Shown here piece after piece: positions 24,481 through 37,304 of a stretch of DNA of 64,000 bases. Positions within the stretch are counted from its first letter, which is position 1, and every line of letters starts with the position of its first letter. The position numbers were made by a program, and so were the translations under genes. The DNA lies in the NCBI GenBank assembly GCA_040954595.2, contig CM082595.2:7368193-7432192 (forward strand), read 5' to 3'. The notes below the pieces were generated by a model that was not told the origin of the DNA, searched no databases, and worked only from the letters and a program-made list of their open reading frames with translations. The DNA is from Balanoglossus misakiensis (lineage: Eukaryota > Animalia > Hemichordata).

Positions 24481-26739
24481 GCTCTCTCACGGACCGCCAC
24501 ATCCGCAAGGATGAAAATGACTGTAAACAAGTACTCCCAACTACGGGGAATTGGTCCTGTCGATATCCTGCTGACAACATAAGTCGTACTTTTGGTTTGA
24601 ACTGTGACGTATGTTTAACAAAAGATTCCTAAAACCAGGTCTTTGAAAATGCATGTTTCCAGGGAACCATGGGTAAAGACACAACAGGTAGGGAGGATGT
24701 GTTAAAGAGAATCCGCGCTGAGAAGCGCTCGTGGCCTCGGACAACTTCTTTATTTCTGCGTATTGTTTATCACAACATGAGCTGGGTGCTGGGAATTCGG
24801 CATGCATACCGCGAAAGGGTCGTGAATAGGGTCAACAGTGCGTGGCGCTTATAACTGAAAAGATCAACAGCATCGTGAGTCCAACTGGCAGGTAACACTG
24901 CTTGTTTGTGTGCGGTCACGACAGCGTGACCGTGGTCAGTACAACCATCGAAATGCGATTTCAGGCGCGCTCAACTCGCAATTTATGGTGGCCATGGGAC
25001 AAAAACAGGGTTGCCAAATTTACCCGTGGATTATTGTAACTCATATTACAAATAACCCTTTCTCTTGAAATGAGCAGCCGAAGAGCGATACGCAGAGAAG
25101 TAAAGTCAGTGAAAACAACTTTTGGCAATATGTATGAAGCCTTGTATTCTTCTGTCAAACCAATTACTTGTACAAATACAGAGAATATCATATTCTTCAC
25201 TGTAAGCAATGGGAGAAGGTGACGAACCGCTGGATCTTTGATAACAGCTAAATAGGGGTTTTTACGTCTAATGTCCTAACCATAATAGGCCTATATATGT
25301 TGATAAATTCTATATTCCTAAAATCAGATGTAAATAAATGATCTGATGACCAGTGTGTTAATATTATTCATACATTAACATTCGTGAGTAAATGTACCAC
25401 GTGTCTAACATTTTCTATAATTTACGATTTAATTGCTCTCTATGCTTCTCTATCTTATATTTCATGAAAATTCATTTTAAATATGAATGAACAACATTAA
25501 ACATTCCAATTGTCGGACCACTGAATCGTCAATCAAAGACAAATGCCGATACGATATCATAAGGCCTGTCCGAATGTGTTGCCTAAAATTAAATGTTCTC
25601 AGAAAACTTAATAAAATGTTTAAAAATTCCATCTTTGTATATAGTTACTAGAGGGATAGCCTTAAAGACCGTGTTAAAAGTGTATCACAAATCAAAATTT
25701 AAAAGACATGCGTCATAGCAGAATTTTAAGACTTTAAAATGTGATTGTCAGGAAATATGACGTCGTTTATAACAATTTTGATGACAAGATTGCCAGCTGC
25801 AATGTTCGATCTCTGAGCATGCGCAAAATCGGATGGCCTGTCTGTCATGGGTACAAATGACTAAACTCAGTCTACAGTAATTGTCACTGTTGACCATCAA
25901 GGTATGACTTGTTTGTTAAATTTTGTGAATGACAGGTGTATTTTCCAGTAATATGTATTTACCTATTATATATAGATAGGTTGTTTACCAATTACTGAAT
26001 GTGTTGTTCGTTATCGAGTGCACATATCAGCTTTGAATGGACACCCCAGGAGGAAAACTTTTCACAACAAAAACCTCTCTTTATTAAAGGCCGTTGATCC
26101 AGATCACATTGTCGCCATCTTTTCTCATATCAGAATATACGTTATACTGCATGTATCAAGTGCAGTTGCTTGTTGTTGAGACTTCACTATATCCTGTAAC
26201 TACGTATTACTATATTAGCAACAACATGTGTGTGTCACAATCAGTCTACCTTAACGTGAACAGTTCACAAGAAGCCCAAGGTAATCGCCGTATCACTGAC
26301 TCTGACAGTACTTGCTTCGCCCCCATTCTGTCAGCAGGTGTGGAAACTATTTCTGTTGTGAGTTTATTGTTTATTTAGATGCATAATATATCCCACCAAA
26401 TAGGCCATTTTCGTGACCCCTACATGACCCTACACCCTCGTACTTCCGTTGGTCAGAATCCATCATTTGAATAAAAAAAAACTATACAAAACTCTGTAGT
26501 CGATAACAATATACTCAATTAGAAAAGTAATTTTTCAAGCAATATTTTACAGAAGAGATATATTATCATAATATTTTTAGCGGGGCGTTTTACTGTAGTC
26601 ATAGGGTGCATTATAGTTCATTGACCTGCAGTTGAAACAGCTGTTAGAGGGATCTCTTTGCTGCACTGTACATTCTGATTTCCACACACATGTTTGACAT
26701 TCATATTTTAAAGCTCAATCACTTTAGCAACGGCCCACT

Positions 26740-27050
26740 CATCCATACTGATTCTTCAAAAGACTCACCAATCCTATTACAACCTTATAGATCTTTCAAT
26801 CAAAATTTACCCTTATAGACAAACCAATCAATGTCCATCTTAATATACCTACATATCCAAAGCAATCTTACAGATCCAATCATCCTATCTAATCCCATCT
26901 CGTCCAAACACATCCTTATGGACGAACACATAAGTATAACCTTAGTAAAACATCCCAATTTACAGACCTTACTTTTTTGACCTGCCGGTCTAAACCCAAC
27001 CTTGTAGACCAACTCATCTTAACCTTATAAACCTATTCAGATCGATATGT
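26740..27050. repeat. Decayed C-rich minisatellite (core AACCTTATAGACCAA)
   Basis: Variants at ~26781, 26809, 26866, 26912, 26938, 26998 and 27021; strong C>G skew. Confidence 0.55.
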
Positions 27051-28796
27051 TTATCAATATAACTTCCCAAATGACCCATGTCATGCATATTGTACCCGTA
27101 GCAGTCTCCGTGACATTGACGTTGGTTCCAGACAAAATCATTGCAATAAAATTTTGACCCCACCCTATAAAAAACAACATCGTGGAAAATTACCGTGATA
27201 TCATCCTCTGAAAACCAATCGATAACCGTGTCCAAACATTCTAAGAAAAGCGTCCGTACGCCGTTTTGAATTAATATATCAAATGTACCTAATTTTGCGA
27301 ATAACGTTCTGAGTTACAATTGGATTACAGGGAAATTGCGATTTTTATTAGGTCCTGACAAAGTGTATGTAATGTCTGCCTATAGGCTACTATAGTAAAA
27401 GTATGTAATTTGTAAGATTTTCAAAAAACACATCTGCGGAGCCACGATTGCAATTTTACAGAGACCGTTTCTCTTGTTATTACAAAACTTTACTCACTTC
27501 ACGCAGGACTTAGTGCCCATTCATCAATTGTCTCGTTGTGTTTCAAATACGAAATCCTGGCAGATTCTGTTGAATATTTTCTACATTTCGATAACGCGAT
27601 GTTACTAGGTCGTATTGTTTTTCCAATGTCGAATAATGATAATGGTGATGGAAATGATGATGATGATGGTGATGATGATGATGATGATAATTAAATTACA
27701 AATTAATTATGTAAATTAATAATTTACATAATCATAATAATGACGATGTGGTTGCCCTCTGTTCAACTCTTTGCCCTTTTCACATGTGTCTTTCACTTTG
27801 ACGGCAATTTTAACTGTCACGGTTTCACATAATCGTTTTGCACGTATTCATACCACCGATGCGATGCTGTTCTTTTACAACATCAGCATGTGTATTTAAT
27901 TCTACGTCTCGCTGACTGGCGAGATTTCGACAGACTGACAGCTACCTCCGATATTGCCACTTTATAGAGCACGGCAGTCTATTGACACTATCGCCATTCT
28001 CGTACTGCACCCAGGCGGGTGGCGAAGAACTGCGCAGTGTCGTTGCCATAGTTACGCACAACATGAACGTCGTGCGTCGCGGGTAGCCGTAAGAAAATAA
28101 GCCAGGGTCGTTAAAGTTTCCAGTGGATGGCGATGTGCAGTCTGAAAATTATAACCAGTTATCTTGGTTCGGAGTGGACTAACAACATATTAGAGACAGC
28201 GAGCAGTTCTTACCTTGTTAGCGTCAGAGTATACGCGGAACATCTACCTTAGTTGACTGCCAAAGCCAAGCTTGACACCCATTAACACTGGCAGTCCCAG
28301 CTGCCGCCCCGACGCACGGAAAACACTACAGTGTGTGTACCTTACACGCAGCTGGCCACTAAAGCAGCTTGGCAAAATGATGATAGTAAAATAGTCCCCA
28401 AGAATCGTCACGCGACTGTGATACCTCTGCTTTCATTACATAACCCGTTCTCGCTCTCACTTGCTAATGTCCTTATCGACTATACATGTATATGACGCAC
28501 TCTTTGACTACTTCTCATTTGCATATAAGAAATCATTGATTGGTGCACTTTTGTGACATTGACAAAACGATTTACGAGGCGATATTGCCCTGATTGTGGC
28601 GCTATTAGCATAATGGATTGAAGAATCAATTCCTTTAGGGGACCTTCGAAATGACTGAATTATAATTCCCTTTTTATTTTAGTCTCCGAGCGAAAATATT
28701 AAAAATAGAGTGCATTTGTATACAGTGTTATGGCTCGGAACGATATTATATAGGTTCTACAAGCGTTTCCTGCAAGCAACCTCATGTGAATATGGT

Positions 28797-28799
28797 TAC

Positions 28800-28842
<43 letters not shown>

Positions 28843-29085
28843 CATAGATACATAGATACATACATAGATACATACATAGATACATACATACATACATACA
28901 TACATACATACATACATACATACATACATACATACATACATACATACATACATACATACATACATACATACATACATACATACATACATACATACATACA
29001 TACATACATACATACATACATACATACATACATACATACATACATACATACTTACATACATACATACACACATATACATACATAC
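28797..29085. repeat. (GATA)n-(CATA)n microsatellite
   Basis: Directly visible. Confidence 0.97.
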
Positions 29086-32000
29086 ACGCATCAACACCTA
29101 TACTGCCTCACTTACTTCCCCATATATGCATGATATGAAATAAAGTGAAATAAAATGAACTGTGATCACTTAACTTACGAATCTTATTTGTAGAAGGGAT
29201 CTGCTTTATTGGACATGTCCGTTCCATTGTGCTGTTCGATCAACGGAGCAGTTATGGGAGAGAGTATTGACACTGCAAACAAATGTTGCACAATTTGAGA
29301 ATAGAGGACACGTATGCTATTCGAAGTTGGCACAATGTCGTCATTTCAAATGGACAGTCTGTGAACGGGCGGCGCAAAACACTTCCATTGTCCAATTAGC
29401 TTTCGCTTGTGTCTCGTCTGTATACGGCATCCGGAAACGCACGCGAACGCATGCGCTATACAAGGACCCCATTAATGCGATGCACTCACTCTTCTTTATA
29501 ATATAAACAACGATACGCTCCACTATTTCTAACCTGCTACATGTTAGATAATGAGGAAAGGAAGCTAATAATATGTAAATAAGATGCAAATACGAGATAC
29601 ATGTAAACGTCTTATGTAAAATCAAATTTCATGTGACGCAAAGATTTTCCTCAAATTAGAATTAGAAGCTAACCATGTAAAAGTGTTTTCGGGCATATCA
29701 CTTTTGTCTCTTCCTTATCTGTTGACTATTGCATTGCATTCAGCCTTAATATTTAGCGGGTACATCTGATTGTATATGGAGTTGCCATGGTAATAATTGA
29801 CCAGATTACATTGTGCACCTGCCGTCTTTGGTTCAGATTCAGATGTTTTTTTCGACATCTCGGTGCTGTTTTCGTGTCTGTTTCGTTTTTCGTGAACCGA
29901 ACTCTTCAGCGTGTTCCTATGTGAAATCTTTTTTAAAAAATATGTTCTAACAAGTATAATCATATTTTTTATATGTAATCCCATGATATTTTTCTTTGTT
30001 TGACGTCATCGTATACGAGAGGTTTTCGCGGAGCCGTGAATCTTCGAGCCGTACTGTTATTAAGTTTAAAGACATCGCATCATTTTAGTGAAATATAACT
30101 TTGGAAATTTGCGTCGAAAATATGAACAATATCCTTCTTCTAGAATAGGCGTACATGACGTTGGGGGCGCCACGAACACCAGCAAAGGTGTCTTCATCAC
30201 GGTCATGTGGGACATTTGAAGTTTTCTTTGTCGAGACGACCACTGAAAATGTACTGAGTTATTTTAAGAGATGACGGTCAAAATGTAGCACCGTCAAAAC
30301 GATAACGCCAGCACTGTCAGCACCTCTTTTTGCGCACAAAATGAGCTCAATTTAGGAAATCTTTGGTGTTTAACATTTATAGGCAGAGACCACACTTCTT
30401 CCTGGGTTTCAGTTAATACTGCCGATGTCAGTGTTACCTCTACCGTTTTCAACAAGTCGGTGAATTGAGCGTCAAAAGAATAATAATTTACTTGATATTA
30501 CTTGATTTTTGAGTGACCAAGCCAAATATAACGTCCATTTCCGTCGCTTGTAATAATTTATAACGTTTTAAAGCTCTTAGATATGCTCATTATTTATTTA
30601 TTCAATATGCGAACGCTACTAAAATAAATACTGCACATAGAGGTCACAAGCCACAGATTTTGCCGAATGATAAAGAGAATATGACTTAGTCATGACATAT
30701 TCTGCGTTATGATGATTGATTAGCATTTAATTGAACCTGTTCATGACACTGATGGATGCATCGCTAGGGCAAATGCTCAAATAAGATGTGATATGAGTAA
30801 TTAGAACTCCTAAGGATAGCCTCAACGCATATCGTCGCAGTGTTATTCAAGCTCACATGAATACCCCATTTACCTATATCAGGACGTTTATTCCATCCAT
30901 ATGACGAGGTTGCCATGTAGGTTTCCAGCCAAAAGAATAATGCCATCGTTGCCGACAGGTTGAAGTTGTGGCCAAAAATATTGAGAAATCTGCCTTGATA
31001 ATGTAACATTTACATCATTGTAACGTCAAAGTAAGTCAGCTACTCATGTTAGTCACATTATTTGGGACTAACGTTCACCAGACATAACCTTGCAGGTAGC
31101 ATGTTATTTGACTGGACTACCATGGATGGCATAATTTGCTTGTGGGTGAAAAGTGTATTCGGATTTCCGCTGGGAACATGAACTGAAGTCTTAGTATTAT
31201 TTATGTACCACAAATTAGGCTCAATTTCTTTTACCGCACTTCACTGTATAAAGTATCCACCACGTTCACAAAGTCATTCATCCCAGATACACAAATCACC
31301 ATAGTGAAGTATTGACGACGTTTAAACTTGATAATTATTGTTTCCTTTTCGTACAATTGAAATTAAAGTCAACCTACCTGGATGTGCCTCTGTTCGTCAT
31401 GGTCCACTCTGTGCCTTTCATGATTTCTCAACGGTCCACACACAGTCTCTCTGCGCTGTGACTCATAGTTAAGTGTACATAATTACCTCTGTGGATTTAC
31501 ACGCGTATTTTAATTAAACGACCAAGGTCACGACCCGACCGGAAGTACTTCATTCTGAGCCTTGGCCTTGAGAAAGGCGACACAGTGTTAAAGCAAATGT
31601 ATAGGAAGTTTGATCATGATCAGGATTTTTTACAAATATCTGATAACTGTATACAAACTACATACAGGAATATACCTTTGTAAAGCTGTGTGACTGAATT
31701 TGAGTCTGGATTTTAAACGGAAAGGCACTGAGTACCGAAAACATTTAATCACATGGCTATTAAGTGAGACGCTAGAGGGCAATAAAAATATACTCATCAT
31801 AACCTTGTTAGGCTGAAAGGTCCGTCGTTTGAGGGCGCTCGATCGATAACGCAAGGACATCGCGACAGGTTTGGTGCCGGTTGGTGCGATAAAAATGTAC
31901 ACAGGTAAAAAACTAATCGTCGATCGTTCATATTTTTACATATAAAATATTTTATTTCTTATATTTTACATCGAAATAAAACCAACACTTAAACTGAAAT

Positions 32001-32384
32001 TTGGCGACCGAAGAGGGCAGGCTTATTTTCAATTCTATAGTACTTTCGGTTGGTGACGTAAGAAGTATGGTAATGACAATGATGCTATAATCCTACTTCT
32101 GACGTCATACGACGGTAATATGCGGAGCTATATGAGATAATATAAGGTTATTCACAAAATACCGGGATTTATTGGTTCATAACACATATATGTGCAACTT
32201 TTTATTAAATTCTTATATTGCGAGTTTTTCTGTAAATTCCTTTCTTTTTGTCAACAAATCTTCCCCTAAGCCACTTGTCCAGTTGCTTTGAAAGTGATTT
32301 TTTACGCCATGCAGGTGTTACAGAGACCACCACCTATTCTATTATTACTAGTAACTACCAGTGGCAGGTCAGTGAGTGTCTCTG

Positions 32385-32522
32385 TAAATTCACTAATGTA
32401 TTTATGCCGCTAATTCAAACTTTTCTATATATTTACCATGGTTCAGCTTTCTTTAAATTTAAATTACCAACCCGCTAAATGTACTGAAAATCTAAATTTG
32501 CTAAAAATCCATGGGCCAGAGA
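32385..32522 (+). repeat. Local duplication, copy 1 (second copy at 33696-33903)
   Basis: Shared TAAATTCACTAAT...CTAATTCAAAC...AGCTTTC...AAATTACCAACCCGCTAAAT...GCTAAAAAT..CCATGGGCCAGAGA. Confidence 0.8.
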
Positions 32523-32819
32523 TCAACCCCCCTAGGTTATTTTGAAAGCCTACTTATCCAGCTGTCGGAATCAGATTGTTTGCACTCATATGACGGCTAC
32601 AAGTCAGAAGACTGCTATTCTCCCCGGCCGATGAGATTTACACCAGAAAATTTTCCGACTCCGATCAGCTAGTAAGTACCCATCCCTCTGGCTTTCTACC
32701 TCGCGTGATAGAGAGAGGAAATGTTATCGCGCGATCTGTGTGAGTGTCTGTGTGTTAGCACGATATCTCAAGAACGGCTGATCACACTTCGATCAGCTTT
32801 AGTGCACACAGGCAGGGTC

Positions 32820-33071
32820 GCACAGGCAGATTAGAAACCGTCTTAAAACATCGTGTGGACGGTGTAAATGGTTCTGAAACAGCTCAGATTTGAGACGGCT
32901 TTGCCGGTCGGAGCTGAGCCGGTGTAAGGATTAACACCTCTACGCAACCCATTGTCTATGGGGCTGAGTCTCAGCGCCTATACATAAACTTTGTGTGTGT
33001 GGACGCAAGCGACTCTAAGTGTTTACCATAGGCAAATAGTGTCTCAAATTTTTCCCTGTCTGAACCTGGTA
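32820..33071 (+). mobile_element. Interspersed repeat family B (probable non-autonomous DNA transposon end)
   Basis: CAGATTAGAAACCGT...CGTGTGGACGGTGTAA.TGGTTCTGAAA...CAGCGCCTATACATAAACTTTGTGTGTGTGGAC...TGAACCTGGTA; matches 58320-58518 and, inverted, 10751-10875. Confidence 0.8.
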
Positions 33072-33695
33072 CTATATGCAAGTGACGAGTACTGAATAGT
33101 TTTTGGTGATTGTTCGAAGCGAATAAATGATCGTAATCGGGACAACGTACTTGAGTGAATCGATGCGCCGAAATGATCCATCAACATCACGCGAGGACAT
33201 TCAGTTCTATCACGTAACTTGTTGCAACAACATGGTATATAGGGAGTAATCTGCGTCCTGGCTGAATTTCATTGAAGTACATTAGTTTGAAGGGGTTCGA
33301 AGATAGGTCTATAGTATTTATGAAAAGATAAGCACGCACACTGCACATATGTGATTACGGTACAGCAGCTAGCCAACGGCTATATGCATCGTGTACCATC
33401 GTGGTTTTGAGCTAGTATGAGTTTCTAGTCGTTGTGATATACATGTAAATAATTTGGTTTCAGATATATTGAACTTAAGAAAATCTATATTATACAATCT
33501 AATTCTGTTGAATCGGACTACAGAACCACAATTTACCCGTTAACTTTCTGCAACCGAAACGGCTTTTCGTTGAAGTCGTTTTCTGTATTTTCACTGGTGA
33601 AATACCTTTACTGTCAGAACAATAGTTCAGTGGGAATGTTGTAAAACATGTCTCTTTAGCTGGAATGGTATTTTTAGCTTATTTATCTAGGTGTA

Positions 33696-33903
33696 TAAAT
33701 TCACTAATTTAATTAAGATGCTTCTAATTCAAACCTTTCTGTATATTAAATGGTTTAGCTTTCATTATAATAGCTAAATTACAAACCCGCTAAATGAACT
33801 AAACATCTAAATTTACGATGGTGAGCTTTCTTTATATTTAAATTACCAACCCGCTAAATTAAATGGAAATTTTCATTCGCTAAAAATAGTCCATGGGCCA
33901 GAG
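33696..33903 (+). repeat. Local duplication, copy 2 (with an internal ~65-bp re-duplication)
   Basis: Matches 32385-32522; the segment ATGGT..AGCTTTC...ACCCGCTAAAT occurs twice in this copy. Confidence 0.8.
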
Positions 33904-34795
33904 AACGAAACCTTTTCCCCTTGGGATCCATGGGGATACTCATACAGTTAAAATAATATATTTAAGGTTCTGAGAAAGCTGCAGATAAAATCCAAACATT
34001 TAGTCTAACTTATAAAGTTTCTTGTCAGGGGTTTCACTCAAAATGCTTTGCATGGCATTTTTACAAGGAATAACAAATGGAGGAAATTCCTGAAATAAAA
34101 GCAATCAATCCAGTTGGATAAATGCAGCTGGAGGTTGACTGTGTGGACATTTAAAACTATGTTTCAAAATTTATTTCCTGTCTTCACGTACTGTTCTCTC
34201 AGTTTACAATTTGTAAATATTTATTTGCCTTCTCAATAAAGCATTTCAAGACTTTTGCAATTGAAAAAAAATATGTGGCCACAAACCTCACAAATTACCA
34301 TTACTGGTCAGTTTATGCTTACGTTCATCCTGTACATACTATGGAAGAACTTCATGACCTCTGCGCACGATCTGTGTTGCACAGAAATTATTTTCATGAG
34401 TGATGCGGTGAATTCTGCGGCAGTACTTTCACGAGCGCAGCGAGTGAAAGTTATTACGAGTGCAGATTCTCTATGGTCACGGTATACCCCCATAGAATCC
34501 AGGCATACATTGACCACGGGGAATAAGAACTGGTATCTAACCTGTAATGTCAAATATACTGACAGCTGAGTCAACACTCAATCTGCCGCTGCTGGCCAAA
34601 ACGGTCATAAATGGTGAATAAATTGAGGCATTCAACTTGGTCAAAATGAACACGTCAAACAAAAAATGTCCTGGGTCACACTACGTACAGTGCTACACGT
34701 ATTGTGACCGTAGCAGACACTGTACCCATCAGTAGCGACATGGTTAATGATAAAAGCTTCTTTTTATACTCCAGACATCTGTACCAGAGAAAGCG

Positions 34796-36466
34796 ATGGC
34801 GAGTGCACGTATTACCAAAAGTTACTACCATAATGCATCAAAGGTACCGAAATTAGAAGGGCTGCCCATTGGCCAACTGTTTGATCGCACTGCAGACCAA
34901 CACCCTGACAGAGAAGCATTCGTTTTCCCTGATGACGATGAGCGAATAACCTTTGGTGAATTGAAGAAGAGGTCTGAGAACCTTGCAAGCGGACTGATAG
35001 CTCTGGGGTTCCAACATGGAGACAGTCTGGGTGTTTGGAGCGATAACCACGTAGAGTGGGTCCTGGTTCAATTTGCAGCTGTTAAAATTGGGCTTGTTCT
35101 GGTGAGCTTACATTCCGGATTCACAGAACAGCTGATGGAAGATGTGTTGCAGAAAACAAAATGTTCAGGTATGGTAATGGGGCTAGCAATGAGAGACCTG
35201 TTCTCCACCATCACGGGTTTGATTCCAGAGTTGGCTGAAAGCAAACCAGGAAAGCTTCGGAGCCCTAAATTTCCTCTCCTTCACACAATCATCAACCTGG
35301 ACAAGGATGAGCGAAATGGTATGTATCAATTCTCTGAAGTCATGGAGATGGGAGAGAAGCTTGAGAAAGGGAAACTGGAAGAGAGGATGAAAGCTGTGGA
35401 CTTTGATGATGTCAGTCACATTTTCTTAACCTCTGGAAGCACAGGGTTGCCGAAAGCCATCCCACATACTCACCATAACAGGATAAGATCATATGTAAAT
35501 AATAAAATGAAAACAAGGAGAAATGGAAGAATCTTTACTATGTCGCCATTTTCTCACATTTCTGGAGGACATGGGTCTCTGATTGGACCCGCACTTTCTG
35601 GATGTACATGCATTGTAGGATCTCTCAAATGGCAAGCTGGAGACGTCATTAAAGCCTTACAAGAATACCAGGTGAATGGGCTGTTTCTGCTACCGCATTT
35701 GCTACAAGATGTTGTATACGCCGCTAAAAAACTCGAATCCAAGTTTCCAGCACTGGAATGGATGGCAACCGGTGGAAGTATGCTGTCAGACAAAATGCTG
35801 AGAACCGCTGGTGAAGTCTTGGAAACCAAGGTTTTTCGCGCATATGGTTCCACAGAGGCAATATCTTGTCTGATGCATGATCATGACTCGTCTCTGGATA
35901 TAACCACAAGTACTGACGGATATCCCTGCTTAGGCTGTGAGGTGAAGGTTGTCAATGAAAAGGGCCATGTTTTACCTGTTGGTGTCTGTGGAGAGATATG
36001 CATTAGAAGTCCCTATGGTTTCTTGTATTATCTTGGCGATGATGATACCACACGAGCAGTGAAGAAGCCTGATGGTTGGTTCCACAGTGGTGACCTGGCT
36101 GTGATGGATGAACGTGGATACTGTCGCATTGTTGGCAGGAAGACAGACACCATTTTGCGAGCAGGTCTGAATATCTACCCTGCAGAAATTGAAAAGGTCC
36201 TCATCCAACATCGAGATGTGTTGACTAGCAGTGTTGTTCCCATTCCGTGCGAGAGAGTCAACGAAGAAATCTGTGTCTGTGTCATTCTTAAAGATGGAAG
36301 TTCCACAAAAACAGAAGATCTGAGAGAATTTTGTCGTGGTCGTGTCCATCTGGATTACCAGCCAGATCACTTCTTGGTCTTCAAAGAATTTCCTAAAACC
36401 TTTACCCAGAAGATCGATAAGAAATCCTTAGCCACTGAGGCACAGCATATAATAGCCAATCAGTAG
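34796..36466 (+). CDS. AMP-forming acyl-CoA synthetase/ligase, ACSF2-like (ANL adenylation superfamily), 556 aa, intronless CDS
   Basis: Adenylation motifs FLTSGSTGLPK (A3 P-loop), AYGSTE (A5), GWFHSGDL (A7), IVGRKTDTILRAGLNIYPAEIE (A8) and FPKTFTQKIDK (A10, Lys kept). N-terminal SYYH...PIGQLFDRTADQHPDREAFVF resembles ACSF2. Acceptor tttttatactccag at 34774; AATAAA at 36678. Confidence 0.93.
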   Translation: MASARITKSYYHNASKVPKLEGLPIGQLFDRTADQHPDREAFVFPDDDERITFGELKKRSENLASGLIALGFQHGDSLGVWSDNHVEWVLVQFAAVKIGLVLVSLHSGFTEQLMEDVLQKTKCSGMVMGLAMRDLFSTITGLIPELAESKPGKLRSPKFPLLHTIINLDKDERNGMYQFSEVMEMGEKLEKGKLEERMKAVDFDDVSHIFLTSGSTGLPKAIPHTHHNRIRSYVNNKMKTRRNGRIFTMSPFSHISGGHGSLIGPALSGCTCIVGSLKWQAGDVIKALQEYQVNGLFLLPHLLQDVVYAAKKLESKFPALEWMATGGSMLSDKMLRTAGEVLETKVFRAYGSTEAISCLMHDHDSSLDITTSTDGYPCLGCEVKVVNEKGHVLPVGVCGEICIRSPYGFLYYLGDDDTTRAVKKPDGWFHSGDLAVMDERGYCRIVGRKTDTILRAGLNIYPAEIEKVLIQHRDVLTSSVVPIPCERVNEEICVCVILKDGSSTKTEDLREFCRGRVHLDYQPDHFLVFKEFPKTFTQKIDKKSLATEAQHIIANQ

Positions 36467-37138
36467 AAGATTTCCAACTGAGGGAACAAGACACCGTTAA
36501 AAACAACATTCACTTGGCATTATAATGTTTTCAGTGATTAAATCCACGCGAAATTTCTCGGTAACAATGGCAGTAATTTAATTGTTCGATGTTCTCTCCA
36601 AATTTTCCGAATGACATTTTATTTCACCTGTTTGATCAACAGTGATTTCCTCTGACTAATGTTTCTCAATTGATTTTAATAAAATATGTATATGACGTAG
36701 AATACTATTATCCAATTAGACCGTAGAAATAGTGTTATCCAATCAGGAACAATTGAAAAAGGAATATTCAATTTGCATGCATGCTGCAATGAAATCCTCT
36801 GAACTATTTAACAATGGAATGAACTCTGATGGAAGTTTCCATCAATGGAATGAACGAGAACTTTTTCTGTAAACCTTTATTGATTTTTGAGCTTTTATGT
36901 TATAATAGAAATGTATAAATATGGGATGTGAAGGCTGAAAGAAAACTGAGCTGGGTGCACTTTGAGATATCTTGGTGAACTTCATTGACCATCTACAATA
37001 AAGCCTGACGGTGTATCATTCAATCCGCTACTCAGTGTTTAAGGTAACTTCAATTACCAGAATCAGTACGAGCTGAGGACGGTACATCAAGCGAGCGATC
37101 CCCGGTCCAAGCGTGAAGGTTGTATATGTATATACCTT

Positions 37139-37304
37139 GACTCTCTCACAGCCCACGGTTCGCTACAAGGCTCTTCACTGACGCGCCCTCAACCGTTTAG
37201 CAAAGGAGAAGCCCCATATAGTGTTGTGCAGCGAACCTCTCGCCGGCACACATGTAATCAGAGTATAAGCATGCATGGACGGCTAGAGGGGCTGTGAGAG
37301 AGTC
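37139..37304. mobile_element. Short MITE with perfect 16-bp TIRs
   Basis: GACTCTCTCACAGCCC (37139-54) and GGGCTGTGAGAGAGTC (37289-304); TA follows the right end, while the left flank reads TT. Confidence 0.75.

Noticed and set aside
26800-27235. Two minus-strand ORFs (70 and 73 aa) as a pseudogene
   Set aside because: No protein family motifs; the first overlaps a decayed minisatellite with strand skew.
34796-36466. Calling the ligase a luciferase or a bacterial contaminant/HGT gene
   Set aside because: Only shared ANL-superfamily motifs support it. The N-terminus resembles animal ACSF2, and the gene has a splice acceptor and AATAAA. Phylogeny is needed.
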